A stretch of 64,000 bases of DNA from Amoeboaphelidium protococcarum X5 (Eukaryota > Fungi > Aphelidiomycota). The stretch lies in the NCBI GenBank assembly GCA_023515725.1, contig JALDTO010000266.1, positions 1,509,608 to 1,573,607 on the forward strand, in the 5' to 3' direction. Positions 9,171 to 23,123 of this stretch are shown piece by piece. Each line of letters begins with the position of its first letter. Positions within the stretch are counted from its first letter, which is position 1. Position numbers and translations under genes: made by a program. Below the pieces are notes generated by a model, which had not been told where the DNA came from, searched no databases, and saw nothing but the letters and a program-made list of their open reading frames with translations.

Positions 9171-12100
9171 ATGGAGGATAGTGGTAAAGTTGATCAAGGA
9201 GTCTAGGTGGTGGAATAAAGACCTGTTCAAGAGCTTCTCAATGGTACCGCTAGTTAATAGTAGCCATTATCATCGTCACGACTATAAGAGTAGTAGTAAT
9301 AAGAGTAGAATTAAAGTAAAAAGAAGAAGCGAATAAGGAAAAAGAAGACTAAATTAAAGCCGGACGGTGGTGATACGGCAATATAATCTAGTAGTACATC
9401 TCAAGGCGGTCAAGTAGTTGAGCCTTCGTCATCCAAAGACAAATAGGGTGAGCAATAGAATTTCAAAGTAACTGGACAGCGTAAAAAGAATAGAAAGAAG
9501 AAGAGCAAACCGCCTAAAGATGGACTAGATAAGACTTAGTCTGGTGACGTATAAAGTGCTGTGGTGACTAAGAATTCAATCACTGAGGGACCTGAATAGT
9601 AGCAGTAAAGTCGCAGTAATAAAGCACGAGACTAGCAAAAGAAAAGATAAGCTTAACCGCGTAAAACTAAGGCAGAGTTGCTGAAATAGTATGAAATTGA
9701 ATCACTAAACTAGTTGAATCTTAAAGAGTCTTTGAAGAAGGCACTTGATGCTGAGGTTTATACTTGTTCAATCTGCTGTGAAAATGTTAGATTCCGTGAC
9801 GCAATTTGGTCTTGTGATAATTGTTATGGAGTACTGCATTTGAAATGTGTCTCCGAGTGGGCCCAGCACTCTGTAAAATCTGTATCTTTAGTCGGCTCCA
9901 CTCAGTCTTAGCAATAATAGGTATGGAGATGTCCCAATTGTCAGCACTAACGGTCTGCACTTCCTAAAAAGTACTTTTGCTTCTGTGGCAAGTTGGAGAA
10001 TCCAGCGGGTGATAGATTCATGAGCGCTCATTCATGTGGCTAGTAGTGTCAGAAATTGTTGGGATTGCAGAAGCTTTTGCAATAAACATCACGCTCGCTG
10101 TTTGATGACAGCTCCAGTTCTTAGCTCTACAAATGTCCTCATAAATGTACCAGTTTGTGTCATGCGGGTCCGTGCGATCCTTGTGATGCAATGGCCCCTC
10201 CGTCTGTTTGTGGTTGTTATTGTGGCAAGACGCGTCTGTAGTTGAAGTGTCGCTATTTAATTATGGATTAGTAGGCACTAGGTGCTGGATAATTGTTGGA
10301 GTAGAAGAGCTGTGGCTAGTAATGTGATAAGATGCTAAGCTGTGGTAAACACAAATGTTAGAAATCGTGTCATGCCGGTAATTGTGGACCATGCTCGGTG
10401 ACTTACAACGTTAAATGCTATTGTGGATAATCTGCGAAAGATGTTTTATGCGTATCTGGCGGTCTCGGCCAATAACTACTTCCTTATCAGTGTGGGAGAA
10501 CGTGTGGTTAAGCTTATGCGTGCGGTGTCCATCGGTGTGCTCTCAATTGTCATTCTTAAAGTGATAGGGATCATTCCACTTGTCCTCTATCGCCATAAAA
10601 ATTTAAAGCTTGTCCATGTGGTCGATAGCCTTCTATGAATACTAAGAGGTAAAAATGTACTGATCCAGTCAGATCTTGCGATTCTCAGTGCTAGTAGAAG
10701 CGTACTTTGCATTGTGGGCATACTGTATCTTGTAAGCTAAAATGTCATTATAATTCATTATTACTTGACATTTTAAATGATGATTACTAGATCAATCCGT
10801 AAGGAATGGCTTGTCATTACGATGAATGTCAGCAGGAAGTTATCGCATATTGCCGCTGTGGATCATAACATAAAAATGTTAAATGCGTCGACATGAATAG
10901 AGAAGATTTTTAATTTCTGTGCGATAAAGTCTGTAATGAGAAGTTTGATTGTAAGCGGCACAAGTGTCAGCAGGTTTGCTGTAAGTTTAAAGAGCATATA
11001 TGTGAGATGGTATGTGGAAAATAATTGCCTTGTGGACTTCACAAGTGTCAAGATCCATGCCATAAGGGCAAGTGTAGAAAGTGCACGGCGCTGATTATTG
11101 ACTATGATAACAATTATGTGTGTTCTTGTGGAAGAACTGTAATGGCGGGTCCTATCAGGTGCGGGCAAGAATTGCCTTCATGTCCTTTCACTTGCACCAG
11201 GCCGCGAGAGTGTGGTCATTATGAGCTCACCTCTGAATTGGCGTCTAGTCTATTGGGTAGAAGTGGTATGAGGCATCCGTGTCATCCTGCTGATACACCG
11301 TGTCCGACATGCCTGGTTCAAGTTTTGGATAAGAGATGCGTTTGTGGACGCGAAATTGCTAAATGGTATTGCGGAAGGGATTATCATTGCCAGAATTTGT
11401 GTGGTAGGCAGTTGCCTAAATGCCATCATAAATGTATTCGTGGCTGTCATAGTGGCGATTGTCAGGATATTAAATGCACGTAAATGTGTGGACTGAACAG
11501 AAAATGTGGTCATCCATGTCGACATACGTGTCATGAAAATGTTCAGAATGGTTCACCGCTAACTTGTGATTAAATATCAAAATGTGATTAGAAAGTCAAA
11601 ATTGCATGTAATTGTGGCAACATTGAGAAAATGGTTCCATGTTTTGATGCCTCATAAAAGTAGAGTGAGCTTCATTGCACAGAAGAGTGTGAGATCAAGT
11701 TGAGAAATGCTCGCTTGGCTAATGCTTTACAGCTGACTGATGGAGATCTGATGAAGAGTTAGCACAAGGAGATGTTTAGTTAGGAGTTGATATCGCTTGC
11801 CTCGGAAAACTTGCCATTTGTTCGTAAGGTGGAGGCATTATTGGCATCTTTAGCTAAAAAAGCATTCTAAGAAGTGAGATAAACGGCTGTGCATAGATTT
11901 AATCCAATGAAGTGGAAGCCTACTATGATGATCAAGATCCTTCTGAATGAAAGTTATATCGGCTTTGAACATTTTGAGGAGGATAGTGGGCCTAATAAGA
12001 GCCTAGTGCTGAAAGTTAATAGCGATGCATCCGTGCCTAATTTACTGCTATCCGCTCATATAGAATAGCTGTTGAAGTCTGGCATCTCTATCCCTCCGTA

Positions 12101-13064
12101 TGATACGCTCAAGTCCAATGATGCTAACTTAACCTCTAGCCATGGATTTGACGCTTAACGCAAGACATCTTGTCCGCTGCGCCACCATCATTTTACAGCC
12201 AGTAGGCCAATGTTGTATGAGTCTTTCTTGCATGGAATTTAGAGTTAATGGACGTAGTTGCTCGCTGTAGATAGCACAATTAAACTCCGCTCTATACTTC
12301 CTATGCCAGAGATTATGTAGATTTCGGTTCCTGGTATCCATCGTTAAAAGGTTGTTGGCATAGTTGATGATTTTATGCAAGCCTTGAGGGATGAGATGTC
12401 AAAGTTATCTTCATGCAGTTGTCGCTGTGATGGCTGCAGCTCCTTTTCTACTCCGGTTCTTGTTGCAAATATGGAGTCAATCGAATTAAGTTGGTAGACT
12501 TTGCAGTTCACTTCAAAAGAGCTGTATATCATCAATGGTCACCTACAGACTGGCGATATTGTATTCTCTGATGATGGAGAAGATTTTGGTCCGTTATCGA
12601 TTCGATGGGAGATTGGAGCATCTAATAAATAGTTGGAATCCAACGGCAAGTGGATGAGAAAAGTACCGAATGAACCTCTGGATTAAAGAGTTTAGAACTA
12701 CATCATGTGGTCCCTGGCAACTCTTATTATGGGTATGCTGGACCCTGACCGATTGCACAGGATTGAAAAACTTCGAAGTGATCCCACCGTTGCTAATATG
12801 AAGGAGCTTTGTTCTGCGATTGATAACAACGCTGTACACCTCATATTTGGTGGTGGAGTTCAAGTTATTGGTTAAGATGATATAATAACTGCCGTGACGC
12901 GTCATCTTGTGTGTCAATTCAATATTCTCATAAAGGCAAGTCAGTCTAGAAGAAATAGTAACAACACTCCTGCATTATACAAGCAGTCTTTGGCGTAAAA
13001 TCTCGGAGATAACTCCAGTGCTTCCTCTTTTGATGTCCTTAATGGTATTGGTAATTCACATTGA
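9171..13064 (+). CDS. NFX1/FAP1/Shuttle-craft-type zinc-finger protein, ~1297 aa
   Basis: RING/PHD-like [38 protein letters not shown], many NF-X1 fingers ([30 protein letters not shown]) and a degenerate R3H. Single frame to TGA 13062-13064. Confidence 0.9.
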
Positions 13065-13458
13065 ATTAAAGTAGTTTCTACATACAGTATATGATGTCTA
13101 GTCATAATCTTGTAAATCAATACAAGTGTTGTGTCGCGCTTAGATTTTACTCATCTTCTCTTGAACTCTGTCTTGTTTCAACAGACTTTCTCTCTGCTAC
13201 TTGTCAGTAAGCAGTTACAGTACACCACGAGAAATGATGCGCGCGGAAACCAGCGGGAAAGGCGCTAGGAGTCTTGCAGGAAAAGCGTCGCCCAACGACA
13301 AACGACAATGTGATTATTCCTGGCGGAATTCGCATTTTAGACTGAAGCAAGACTGGCGGTTTCCTGTCGTTGGAGATCTCTGAATTCTCATGGGAATCAC
13401 TTCAGGAATCCGTTGTTTAAATAGAATAATATAAGTTTCAAACTAAATTCGCATCCAA

Positions 13459-14108
13459 TCAATTTTTTACATCATTGGTGGAAGCATCATTAGATGTTTC
13501 AAATATTCCAAAAACTTTGGCGGCAGCTTCAGATCTAAGGAAGTAGCAAACGCCTTATATTGCAGCAGAATGACATCTGACTCTTAGTCGCCCAAAGCTC
13601 TCATTCCAACATCCCAGTCCTGACCAGGGAACGATTACAGAGGATTCAAAGTCTTACTGACATTATCGCCATACACCATCTACGCGTTAGGCAGTTGTGT
13701 ATTGATAACAGGAAAGTCCTGGTCTGCCATATCATCAATACGACCAATATCAGAGGACTCAGAAGAGACGTCGTCAATCGGGGCATCGTCGTGATCAACA
13801 ACCTGATGGAAAATAACAGCATCGGAGGATCTCGGTAAAAAGGCAGTGGCAGAGGCAAAGGACACAGTAATGGGTGCAGATGATATACATGACTAAGAGG
13901 GCTCAGCGAATACGACCACATCCGCACCCGGAAAATTCTAACGACTGGAGGACTGTTGTGAAGATTCAGCTTACGGTTCAGGCAGAGCAGGCAAATCTGG
14001 GATGGCCTTGATTTCTCTCTCAGCAGCAACTTGTTAAACATCCTTGGCCTTGGATTTCATCGGCCCCTTCTATTTTCTGTCCTTCTTTGCAGCTCTCTTA
14101 GCAGGCAT
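13459..14108 (-). CDS. Accessory ORF2 of the CMC-like element, unknown function (3' end uncertain)
   Basis: MPAKRAAKKDRKQKGPMKSKAK... basic N-terminus. Open frame includes track ORF 13680-13865; probable frameshift near 13650. Confidence 0.45.
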
Positions 14109-14314
14109 GACAACACTTAAGATAAAATATAATGTTCCTACAATAGTTACACTGTAAATAAAACAGAAGATAAGATGTCCAACCAAAGTAATTCGCGTTT
14201 TGAAGAAGATATTCCTACCCAAATAGGAAATGATATGAATAGGAAAATCGAAACAAGAAACTCTTTAATCCTATATTAAACGCCACTTATCACTAAACGA
14301 TTTAGATTCCGAAC

Positions 14315-16973
14315 TCAGCGTAACAACTGACGCGTTTACTCTGCGCTGTAGACATAATTGTTCTTGAAATGGAAGACATTAACACAAAATATGTCCACAT
14401 CGCCACAAATCTATGCAACGTAGCAGAATGAAGACGCACAGACGTGTATCATACTAATTTCTTACATCCCGGACATCTCATGCATGATAAATTGATCTGA
14501 ATTAAAGGTATATCTGGGAAATTAATACTCAAAGTAAGCAACACGACTGCCTTTTTAGAATTTGGTAGCATTTACAGCTCTAAAGATCTCGGTATGACTC
14601 TCAACTACCTTTGAGTAAAACTTGTCAGCTTTGATTATAAGTCTCTTACTGCCTATCCATCTTGCCACTTTGGGCGGTCTTGACAATAGATAGTGCGACA
14701 AATCTCTGCCAACTGGTACTAAATTTCCCTATACTTTAAAACTTTAACCATACAGATCAGCAGCATATTCCGTCAAAGACACCTTATCGGCGACATACTT
14801 TGAATTATTATGTTAAGGGCCGTTTTAAATATGATACCTTACTGTTCCATTCTGATGCTCATTATATTCTGTAACATACCGTGTTAGATTGCCATAATAC
14901 TACAGGTGATTGCGCAGATGTTGTAACAGATGCACTTTAAATTTCTTGGCGATAGCTGCAAGATCATCATCGTTTGTCAATACTTCATTAAACAGAGTTA
15001 CGATATTAGCAACAGCCGCCGATACCTCCATCATATCATATGACTGCATATAAAGCAACTTGGCAAGAATAGATACAACAATCCAAGCATTCCTATAGTG
15101 TCGCGGATAAGGACTCTCGCTCGAGTCCATTTTAATAGAATAATGGGAAAGAATTATGTCAATAAAGTCCTTTCCGACAGCACTGCCCAAGTACTAATAA
15201 ATTGTTTACTGAGACGGTAGATAAATACCAGAGGTTTGCTCACGCAATAGCTACCAATGAATAAGAACAGATTCTTTCAGGCCCGTTGTATGATTCTTTG
15301 ACTGCAATGCGATATACTTCACCACTCCTAATCCAATAGTATGGAGCAGATCAATAGGGAAAGCAGTGGACGGATCAAAACATTCCAATGCCATCAGAGG
15401 ACTTTTTGGAAAGAAGATTCCGCACTCAGCACTGAACTTCTTCTAATTCCTAGCGTTCATTGACTCAAGTTGTTAAAATAAATTGTCATACGAAGCCAGA
15501 GAGCGCATTTATCCCAATGATAAGAAACTCTATTTATACACAGAACAAAAGCGACAAGGGAAATTGGCATTACAGTTGGTACAACTTAATTGCGCAGCTC
15601 GGGGATTATCTGCCAAAACGTACAGCAATTTGGGGACAACTACAATATGCCTCTACCTGGACGCGTCATATAATCTCCAACCCGCTTTACCAGAATCCAG
15701 GTCTTGTACAAAAGCTTTGAGCATATTATCTAATGAATCTTTCGACTTTACGACGGAGATAAGATGAAGCGGCGGATTAGGAACTAATTCATTCACCAAT
15801 ACCATGAAAAGGCATTCATGATGGTTGTAGCGTTTACTCTTATTTCCAGAAGTCTCGTCACTTGCAATAAACATGCCAAGATGAATATATTCGTCACAGT
15901 TATGTACACGATACGGGCTGCATATATCCAGGCATGACGCATCAAACTACAGATTTTAGATGATATCATTCGATTCCAAAACCAAGTCACCAGAGTATGT
16001 AATTTTAGATATTACGCGAAAAATACCTCTGCAAAAATATCTATCCTTGCCGACCAATTTTGCACCTCATATAATAAAATGTAATGGATAAATATTATCC
16101 CTGTAAAAAGGGAAATCTAAGATCCGATTAATCCATTGAAGTGGTCGTTGCGATGTAGGCTTGAGGAGACTCGAGTATTTAACAACAAACATTCGATTAT
16201 AGCAAGAGGCGGTCTGATCCATATGTTCATATTCTCAACGCTGCAGTCTTAAGGAGGCACTAAGCCAGGCAACTTATACAGATCAGTAATGATAGATTTG
16301 AAAGATGGCAGAGTTACATGAGGATCGAGATGCTTCATCAAAATCCAGAATTCTTACAATGCTGTTTTAGATATAGGACGTTTTTTGCCATAGATTGATA
16401 GAAATGTAATAGCTTACTTCTCAGATGTGAATGGGAAGAACGATGTAGCCTCTATGATATCGTCTTTACCCGATATGTCAGACTCCACAACACCGAAGTT
16501 ACTTTAATCGCTCGACGCGTCACTTTAAATATCAAATCCTTCAATATCGGATTCGCTATCTTCATTCCCGGATATGACAGAATCATCACTATCTATCTGA
16601 TCCATATAATCAATGCTGTCATCCTCAATCTCCAATCTCTCCTCCACATTAATCAGCTGTTCATCAAAGTCAATCTCCATTTGCTGATCAACAGATGTAG
16701 GATCTGATTCCAAGATTTCGCTTTCACCGTGATCACCAAAACTGTCCACCTCAAAATCATCACTATAATCTTCATCAATAAAAATCTCCTCATCTTCAAC
16801 ATCTTCGTCAATAAAGATCTCATCACATTCATGATTTTGAGCATTTCTAGAGCTTTGCAAGGCTATCAAGCTATTAACGTGCCTTTGCTTATTTAAATGC
16901 TACTTATAAGTATCAGCGTTGGCATATACAGTAGATGATCACATATATCACAGTATTTTGGCTACAAGGACAT
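14315..16973 (-). pseudogene. CMC-type transposase with N-terminal C2H2 finger and acidic tract; several frameshifts
   Basis: YCDIC...YKQHLNKQRH, a D/E-rich stretch, FFPFTS and the catalytic motifs above. Frame breaks near 16935, 16070 and ~14450. Confidence 0.7.
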
Positions 16974-17408
16974 TTTGAATAGCTTAATCAAGACACTTAG
17001 TCAGGCAAAGAAGACGCGTTAAAATTTGTATGGAATGATTATGTAAATAACCGACCGAGATTGCTTTCGAAAATGTTAAGATGTCAAAGGTTCATAAATA
17101 TCTGGTTAGTTAAGAAATAGAATATTAAGAATATTGTCTAAGATTTTTAGTACTTATCAATCTTAACCTGTTGTCGGAAAATTTCCGGATTACTTGACTA
17201 AATGGGGAATTTGTAAAGGCTATGAGGTAATGTACTGCTTTAAGCACGCTGTCCAATTCGTAGGCATTTCGCTCGGCGATGGTTTCCTCGAGGAATTTTC
17301 CGGGACTCGTCGCTGTTTCCTGCGGTAGTTCGATGGAATAGGAATTGTCTACGAAACGCTTCTTCGTGGTGTAGTTGAAGCCGTTCTATCAATAAGAATA
17401 CGTTAATT

Positions 17409-18752
17409 ATGATGGCAACCTCTTAACAATCGCAGATTTTACCAAGTAAGAAGAAATTAAAGTTTGATGATGAATCCCAAGTGGACAATTAATGGCGAGT
17501 TCGTGCCCAAAGGGCAGCTTTTCTGCCCAAGGCGCTTAGCGACTTCTGCTTTAGCAAAAGGTGTACTACGGGCAACACTAATGAAATGATTGAACTGCAA
17601 CTGAGAAGCCGTCATGCTGGCGAGACGGCTGTTTGTCATCCAAAGTTCACCTACGTTTTCTATGGCCTTGATGAGGAAATTATTGGTTACAAGGATCTGA
17701 AACTGCGCTTAACGTTCAGCCATATAAGCTTCAGGCCACTAGTCGAGATTGAATACTCCAGTAGAGTGACGACGATGCCAGACTCTACCAAGACAGATCC
17801 AGTATAGGACATTGTGGTGCCTCTGTTACGCGAAATGTTTCAGCTCAACGATGGCGCGTCAACGTCTCCTCTCGCGCTTGAAGGACGCGAATGGACTTGC
17901 GACCGCGCTCTGTTTGAACATTAGTGGCTCATGTAAGACGAGGATAGTTGGACATTGTATGGAGATTATCATGGCCAATTCCATGTTGGTGAAACTACAT
18001 ACAATGTTCATAAAGCTTCTTTTGGTCAGAGTGAGGAGTTTGATTCTTGGTATAGACGCGTTGAACTCTTTATGCTGTTCTACATTGAAGGTGCCACTTA
18101 CATTGATGAGGAGGATGACAAGTGGGACATTTACTTGATATACAAATAGCAGAAGGATGGAGACTCCAAGATTTAATTACTGGTTGGAGTTTGGACTTGT
18201 TACAAATTTTACAGCTTTCCAGATAAGATTAGACTACGAATTAGTCAGGCACTCATCCTGCCTTTTTATTAGGGACAAGGACTTGGATATGCAATGTATA
18301 AGTATCTGTATAAACGATTTTTAGAAGATGATCAAGTAAAGGACATCACCGTTGAAGATCCCACTGAAGCTTTTAGTGATTTGCGAACTATATGTGATCT
18401 GAATACTTTGTAGAATGTCCTTGGTAACACTTCTAAGGATTTTAGATATGTAATACCATCCCCTGCTGAGATTGAAGAGCTTCGTATCAAACTTAAATTC
18501 TCACCGCAGCATATGCATGTGTTGATGGAAATACATTTACTACGTCGCTTATTGCAGTATCAAAGTGTTGATGAGATTTTACAAGACCAATCGTAGTTTA
18601 GGACATGGGCAAAGAAGCGAATCTACTTGAAGAATGCTGAAGCGCTCGCAGAGATTGATGATGAAGAGGAGCGTAAGGATGCATTGCAAGAGACATATGA
18701 GAACGTTATTGAAGACTATCGGAGAATCTTGAGCAAGCTCTCGTTGAAATGA
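17409..18752 (+). CDS. HAT1: Histone acetyltransferase type B catalytic subunit
   Basis: HPKFTYVFYGLDEEIIGYKDL, LFYIEGATYIDEEDDKW, RLRISQALILPFYQ[TAG]GQGLG (acetyl-CoA motif A), DITVEDPTEAF. TGA at 18750. Confidence 0.93.
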
Positions 18753-18952
18753 TTCGTTGGTTTGCGAGTTTCTCCATTATAGTACATCAGGTGCTGATCT
18801 TTTAAAGCGTGTTGGACGCATGAGTAAAACTTGATTGATTAACTTAATAGTTTATTTATATACTTTAATATTAGTTATTATAGGCTTGTGAGGGAAAACA
18901 TCTTAAATTAATATACTTAATTTGATAGGTGGGTGGGTGCTTGCTGGTCGAA

Positions 18953-20119
18953 TCAACTACAATCAATATCACATCCTTGTCTTGGCGACTAGTGATACAA
19001 CATTTTCTGATAGAGACGATTAGCATAATGCTTCTTGAATTGCTTCTGGGACTAGGAATCTGCAAATCGAGCTTATAGAGGAATTTTACACTCATCAGTC
19101 AACAGCTTGCCATGAAGAGAATCAATAGCTGCCTCAGCACTGGAACGTGACGCGTAACGTATAAAGGCGACGCCTTTGGACTTTCCATTAGAATCAATCA
19201 TGACTCGACTACTCATAATTTCACCAAAACTTTCGCCAATCTCCTTTAGCTGATCATCATCCACAGTTAAAGGCAGACTGGAAAGATAAACGTTACTGGT
19301 ACTGTCATCAGCCAATTGTTTCAGCTTTTTCGATACAGACTCTTTGGCCATGGATGCAATATAACCAAGCTGCTGCAGACCCACAATAGCTTTCTCTGCT
19401 TCGTGTTCAGTTTAGAATAGACAAAATCCATAGCCTTTGCATTTACCGTACTAGGTCAGTAACTATCCAGTCTCCGATTTGAGCTCTTACTACTCCAAAA
19501 TGGCCTTGGCAGATTCAACGTTGCCAAAACTCTAACACAAAGCCTTCAAACTATCGTTTGTTGCATCAGCAGGAAGATTCTTGATGTAAACGTTACGCTA
19601 CTACTTCTTAACGACCTGAGGTTCAACTGATTAGTGTTCAGTATTCAATTACGGTAAAGAACTGCCAGCTCCAGGAACGCGCACAGCAGACTCGCCCCTT
19701 CTCTGCACATTAGCAACAGATACAGCGTGCAGTGGTTGTAAATAGAATGATTAAACAGGAGGCATTTAGTAGGCTCGAGTTATAAACTGTTGACTAACCA
19801 ACGGAAGAGTAGGCGCAGTAGCAGCAATAGGTAATCCACCACTACCACTCAGTTGATTATACGGATACACATCAGGTGGAGTTACGAAGGGCTGTGGAAT
19901 CAACAAGCCGAATGGACTTAAATATCCAGATGCATGCAAGTCAGACGGAGTTGTACCATTAGAATAATTCTGATTGCCACTTGAACCATAGCGCAGAGAC
20001 GCGCCAGAACCTTGGTGATCTGCTCCATCTATCGGCCATTCTTTAGCTTTGGATTCATTCTCGGCGGCCGCGGACGATTGACTTTGCTCCTTCTGTTCTG
20101 AGGACGACGATGTATTCAT
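18953..20119 (-). CDS. Two-RRM RNA-binding protein (RBMS/MSSP/Shep-like)
   Basis: RNVYIKNLP...SAKAIL...KCKGYGFCLF; ASMAKES...SNVYLSSLP...SKGVAFIRY...PLQARFADS. Confidence 0.85.
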
Positions 20120-20471
20120 TACAACTAATTAGCAGGCCAAATCGTGTCCTTCTCGATGAGCTAATAAAATAATGTTTAATAATAATAGTTACGATTGTAG
20201 ATATGTGATAAACAAATATACACACAACACTTCCAGATAATTGGTGCAGCTTAACACTTTTATTAACAGAACACGAACACAGATATGGAAAAAAGAAGAT
20301 TGAAAAAATCCTCCGCCTCGGGACAATCAGGGGTGCGGGAAAATGGAATGCCTAGAATCATCGTCGTTCATGTTCTTTTCTTCCAAAACAAACTTTCATT
20401 GGTCGAAGGAGGTCTGTGGACGTTGTGTCACCGTCGCGATCGTCGCCGAGCGTGTCGCACTGTTGCACAAC

Positions 20472-21608
20472 TCATTCTTCGGAACATTCCACCCAGCAGA
20501 GAGAAGATTGATGCAGACGTAGCATTTCGTGGTATTAATTAGACAGATACAGGATGGCTTTTGAGGCTGCCTCAATTTCCCCTACAATAATTGCATATTT
20601 TTATTCCTGTGCATTCAGATAAATCAGATTGTCTTCCAGTCTCTACATGCATCTGTACAAACACATAACGGGATTGTATACAGACAGCTTTAGCAGTATA
20701 ATCTTGGAAGAAAATCTTGAACAGTTTGATATAAACCTTGCCACGGACCAGAGAGTTTCAATCTCAGGGTCTTCTTAAACTCCAAACAACGTGTCAAAGT
20801 TGGAAAGCAGCAATGGTGCAACATTCTCAATCAGATAATTACAGACAGTGTCCGAGTTTACCAAATGCTTCGAGGTTTTTAATTAAATTTAATGGTTGCT
20901 CTTGAGGCACCTTAGATCAGTCTCGTAACGTTTCAGATGTTTGACTTTGCGCTCCTAATGAGTCACTCTGCTTGATAGAGAATAGGGGTGAATTTGAAAT
21001 GTCTGAGTGACTCGATCATACTTTGAGCAGTCCAGATCAAATGCGAGATTGGCCATCAAGTTTACAATTCTCTCAGCCATGAATGAGCAATTTACCAGTT
21101 CAAAGTAATCATTCACATATTAATTGAGTTACTGATCTTTTAGGATAATATTTTTTAGAACTTGAACCATTTTAGGTAAGAATGCTTTATGCCTACCAAT
21201 TGCAGCTCTGTACTTTGCATAATTTGAAATTTCACTCAAGATCTCAATACACAGTCTTCTAACAGAAAACGTTTCATAATCGCGCGGATCAATAGGTTGC
21301 ATCGTGTCATAACCAAGCGTGTCACTAGAAGGCTAAAACAGTGTATCAGCAGAGATAGCATCAGAATCATTGTTTGAGTTCATTGTACTAATTGCAATCT
21401 CAATGATATGCTTCAATGTATCAGTGAGAAGGAATGGAGTAATAACGTGCAACTCGAATGCTTGCAAGTCTTGCATCAGATTGAATCCAAATCTCCAGTA
21501 AATGATTCTGCACACTCTTCCAGCTTCTTGAAGATCGTCTTTGAAGTTCTTCAACTCTTGAGAACAGTACTAAGCTTCAATATACGCGTCTGCAATAACA
21601 GGTAACAT
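20472..21608 (-). CDS. Hypothetical helical (ARM-like?) protein; start uncertain
   Basis: ~378-codon frame open only with TAR=Q, ending in TGA 20474-20472. No family recognised. Confidence 0.6.
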
Positions 21609-21884
21609 ACTGTGGATGGTAAAAGTGTGATATATTGTTATGAATAAAACAATGGAAAGGTGAAACAATGAACAACATAGACGCGTCGCCAATAATTTGT
21701 GAAACAGAACGTGCTCTGAAACAGCATCAAGATTAGACACCAAAATCACGGTTAGTTCTTTCAGTAAGCACGGCTATCATCATCTTGTGTAAGTTCAGAT
21801 AAAAAGGTATGTAATAATAAAAGTATATTAGAAAGCGCGATTCTATGTTTTAAAAAATATATCTCCTAAAATTCATAAACTGAT

Positions 21885-23123
21885 TCATAGGTTGGACTTC
21901 TAGGTGTTTTTAACTGCATAGTCAATTGCTTTGGCGAAATGTGCAACATTGCTATCATTCAGACCTGCAATCGAGATTCTACCATTATCGCTCAAATACA
22001 CATGAAACTTCTCCTTCATCAAGGCAACCTGCTCCTTCTTGAGGCCGGTGTACGAGAACATTCCAATCTGAGTGGTGACGTGAGACCAATCTCCAGGAGT
22101 ACCCAAATTCTTCAGCTCTTCCACCACACGATGTCTCATCTTGTTAATTCTACCAGCCATAGTCTTGACATTCTCGCTCCACTCCTTGTACAGCTCAGGA
22201 TCAGACAGAACGGTGGTCACAATTCTACAACCATGAGCAGGTGGATTAGAGTACATTGGTCTTGCGATTCTAGCCAGCTGGCTCTTGATCGCCTTGCTAG
22301 TGCCATCATCGCCAGAGTGAGCCACGACCAGACATCCAACACGTTCATTGTACAAGCCAAAGTTCTTAGAATAGCTCTAAGCAATCATAACTTCCAGGCC
22401 ATATTCACGGGTGAACAGGCGAACACTATACGCATCCTTGTCCAAATCACCAGATGCAAAGCCTTGGTATGCCGAGTCAAAGAAACTCAAGTGTTGCTTC
22501 TTCTTGATCACCTCCGCAATACTCTTCCACTCAGCTTAGGTAGGATCAATACCACAAGGATTATGAGCACAAGAATGCAATAGAATGATGGATCCATCTG
22601 GAGCGCTCTGAATGTCCTACAGCATACCGTTTATGTCCAGCTTGTTATTCTTATCATCCCAATAACGATACTGCTTTACATCTAAACCGGCATCCTTGAA
22701 AATGTTGTTGTGATTACCCCAAGTTGGATTACTAACATACACTGTGGCCTTTCGGTATCTCTCCAAAAACACTGCACCAACTCTCAAAGCACCGGTACCA
22801 CTCAATGCCTAGACAGCGGCCACCTTCATTGGAGAGTTCTCACCCAGTATAAACTTGCTACTAAACTCGCAGAACTTCTCTGATCCCTCAATAGGAAGAT
22901 ACTCATGATCCAACTGATCCTTCATAATAGAGTCCACAATCTTTTTCTCTGCCATCTTAACAGCAGGCAGAACCCACGGCTTACCTTCATTATTACGATA
23001 AGCACCAATACCCAAGTTGATCTTTAGCGGACTAGTGCACGCCTTATACTGGGCATTCAGGTGGAATATTGGATCAGGAGCAGCCAGCGGAACCTTGGAA
23101 AACAATTTAACTCTAGCAGACAT
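21885..23123 (-). CDS. AAT2: Aspartate aminotransferase, cytosolic/peroxisomal type
   Basis: KINLGIGAYR, Q[TAG]ALSGTGAL, NPTWGNH, CAHNPCG, Q[TAG]SYSKNFGLYNERVG, QIGMFSYTGL, GRISIAGL. Ends ...KNTQKSNL*. Confidence 0.96.

Larger units (their letters stand above)
13223..17371 (-). mobile_element. CMC/EnSpm-like DNA transposon, ~4.15 kb, two ORFs
   Basis: Termini TA|CACCACGA... and ...TCGTGGTG|TA (8-bp TIR, 2-bp TSD), with an internal transposase carrying SDETSGNKSKRYNHH, DLLHTIGLGVVKY and FKVHLLQHL motifs. Confidence 0.75.
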
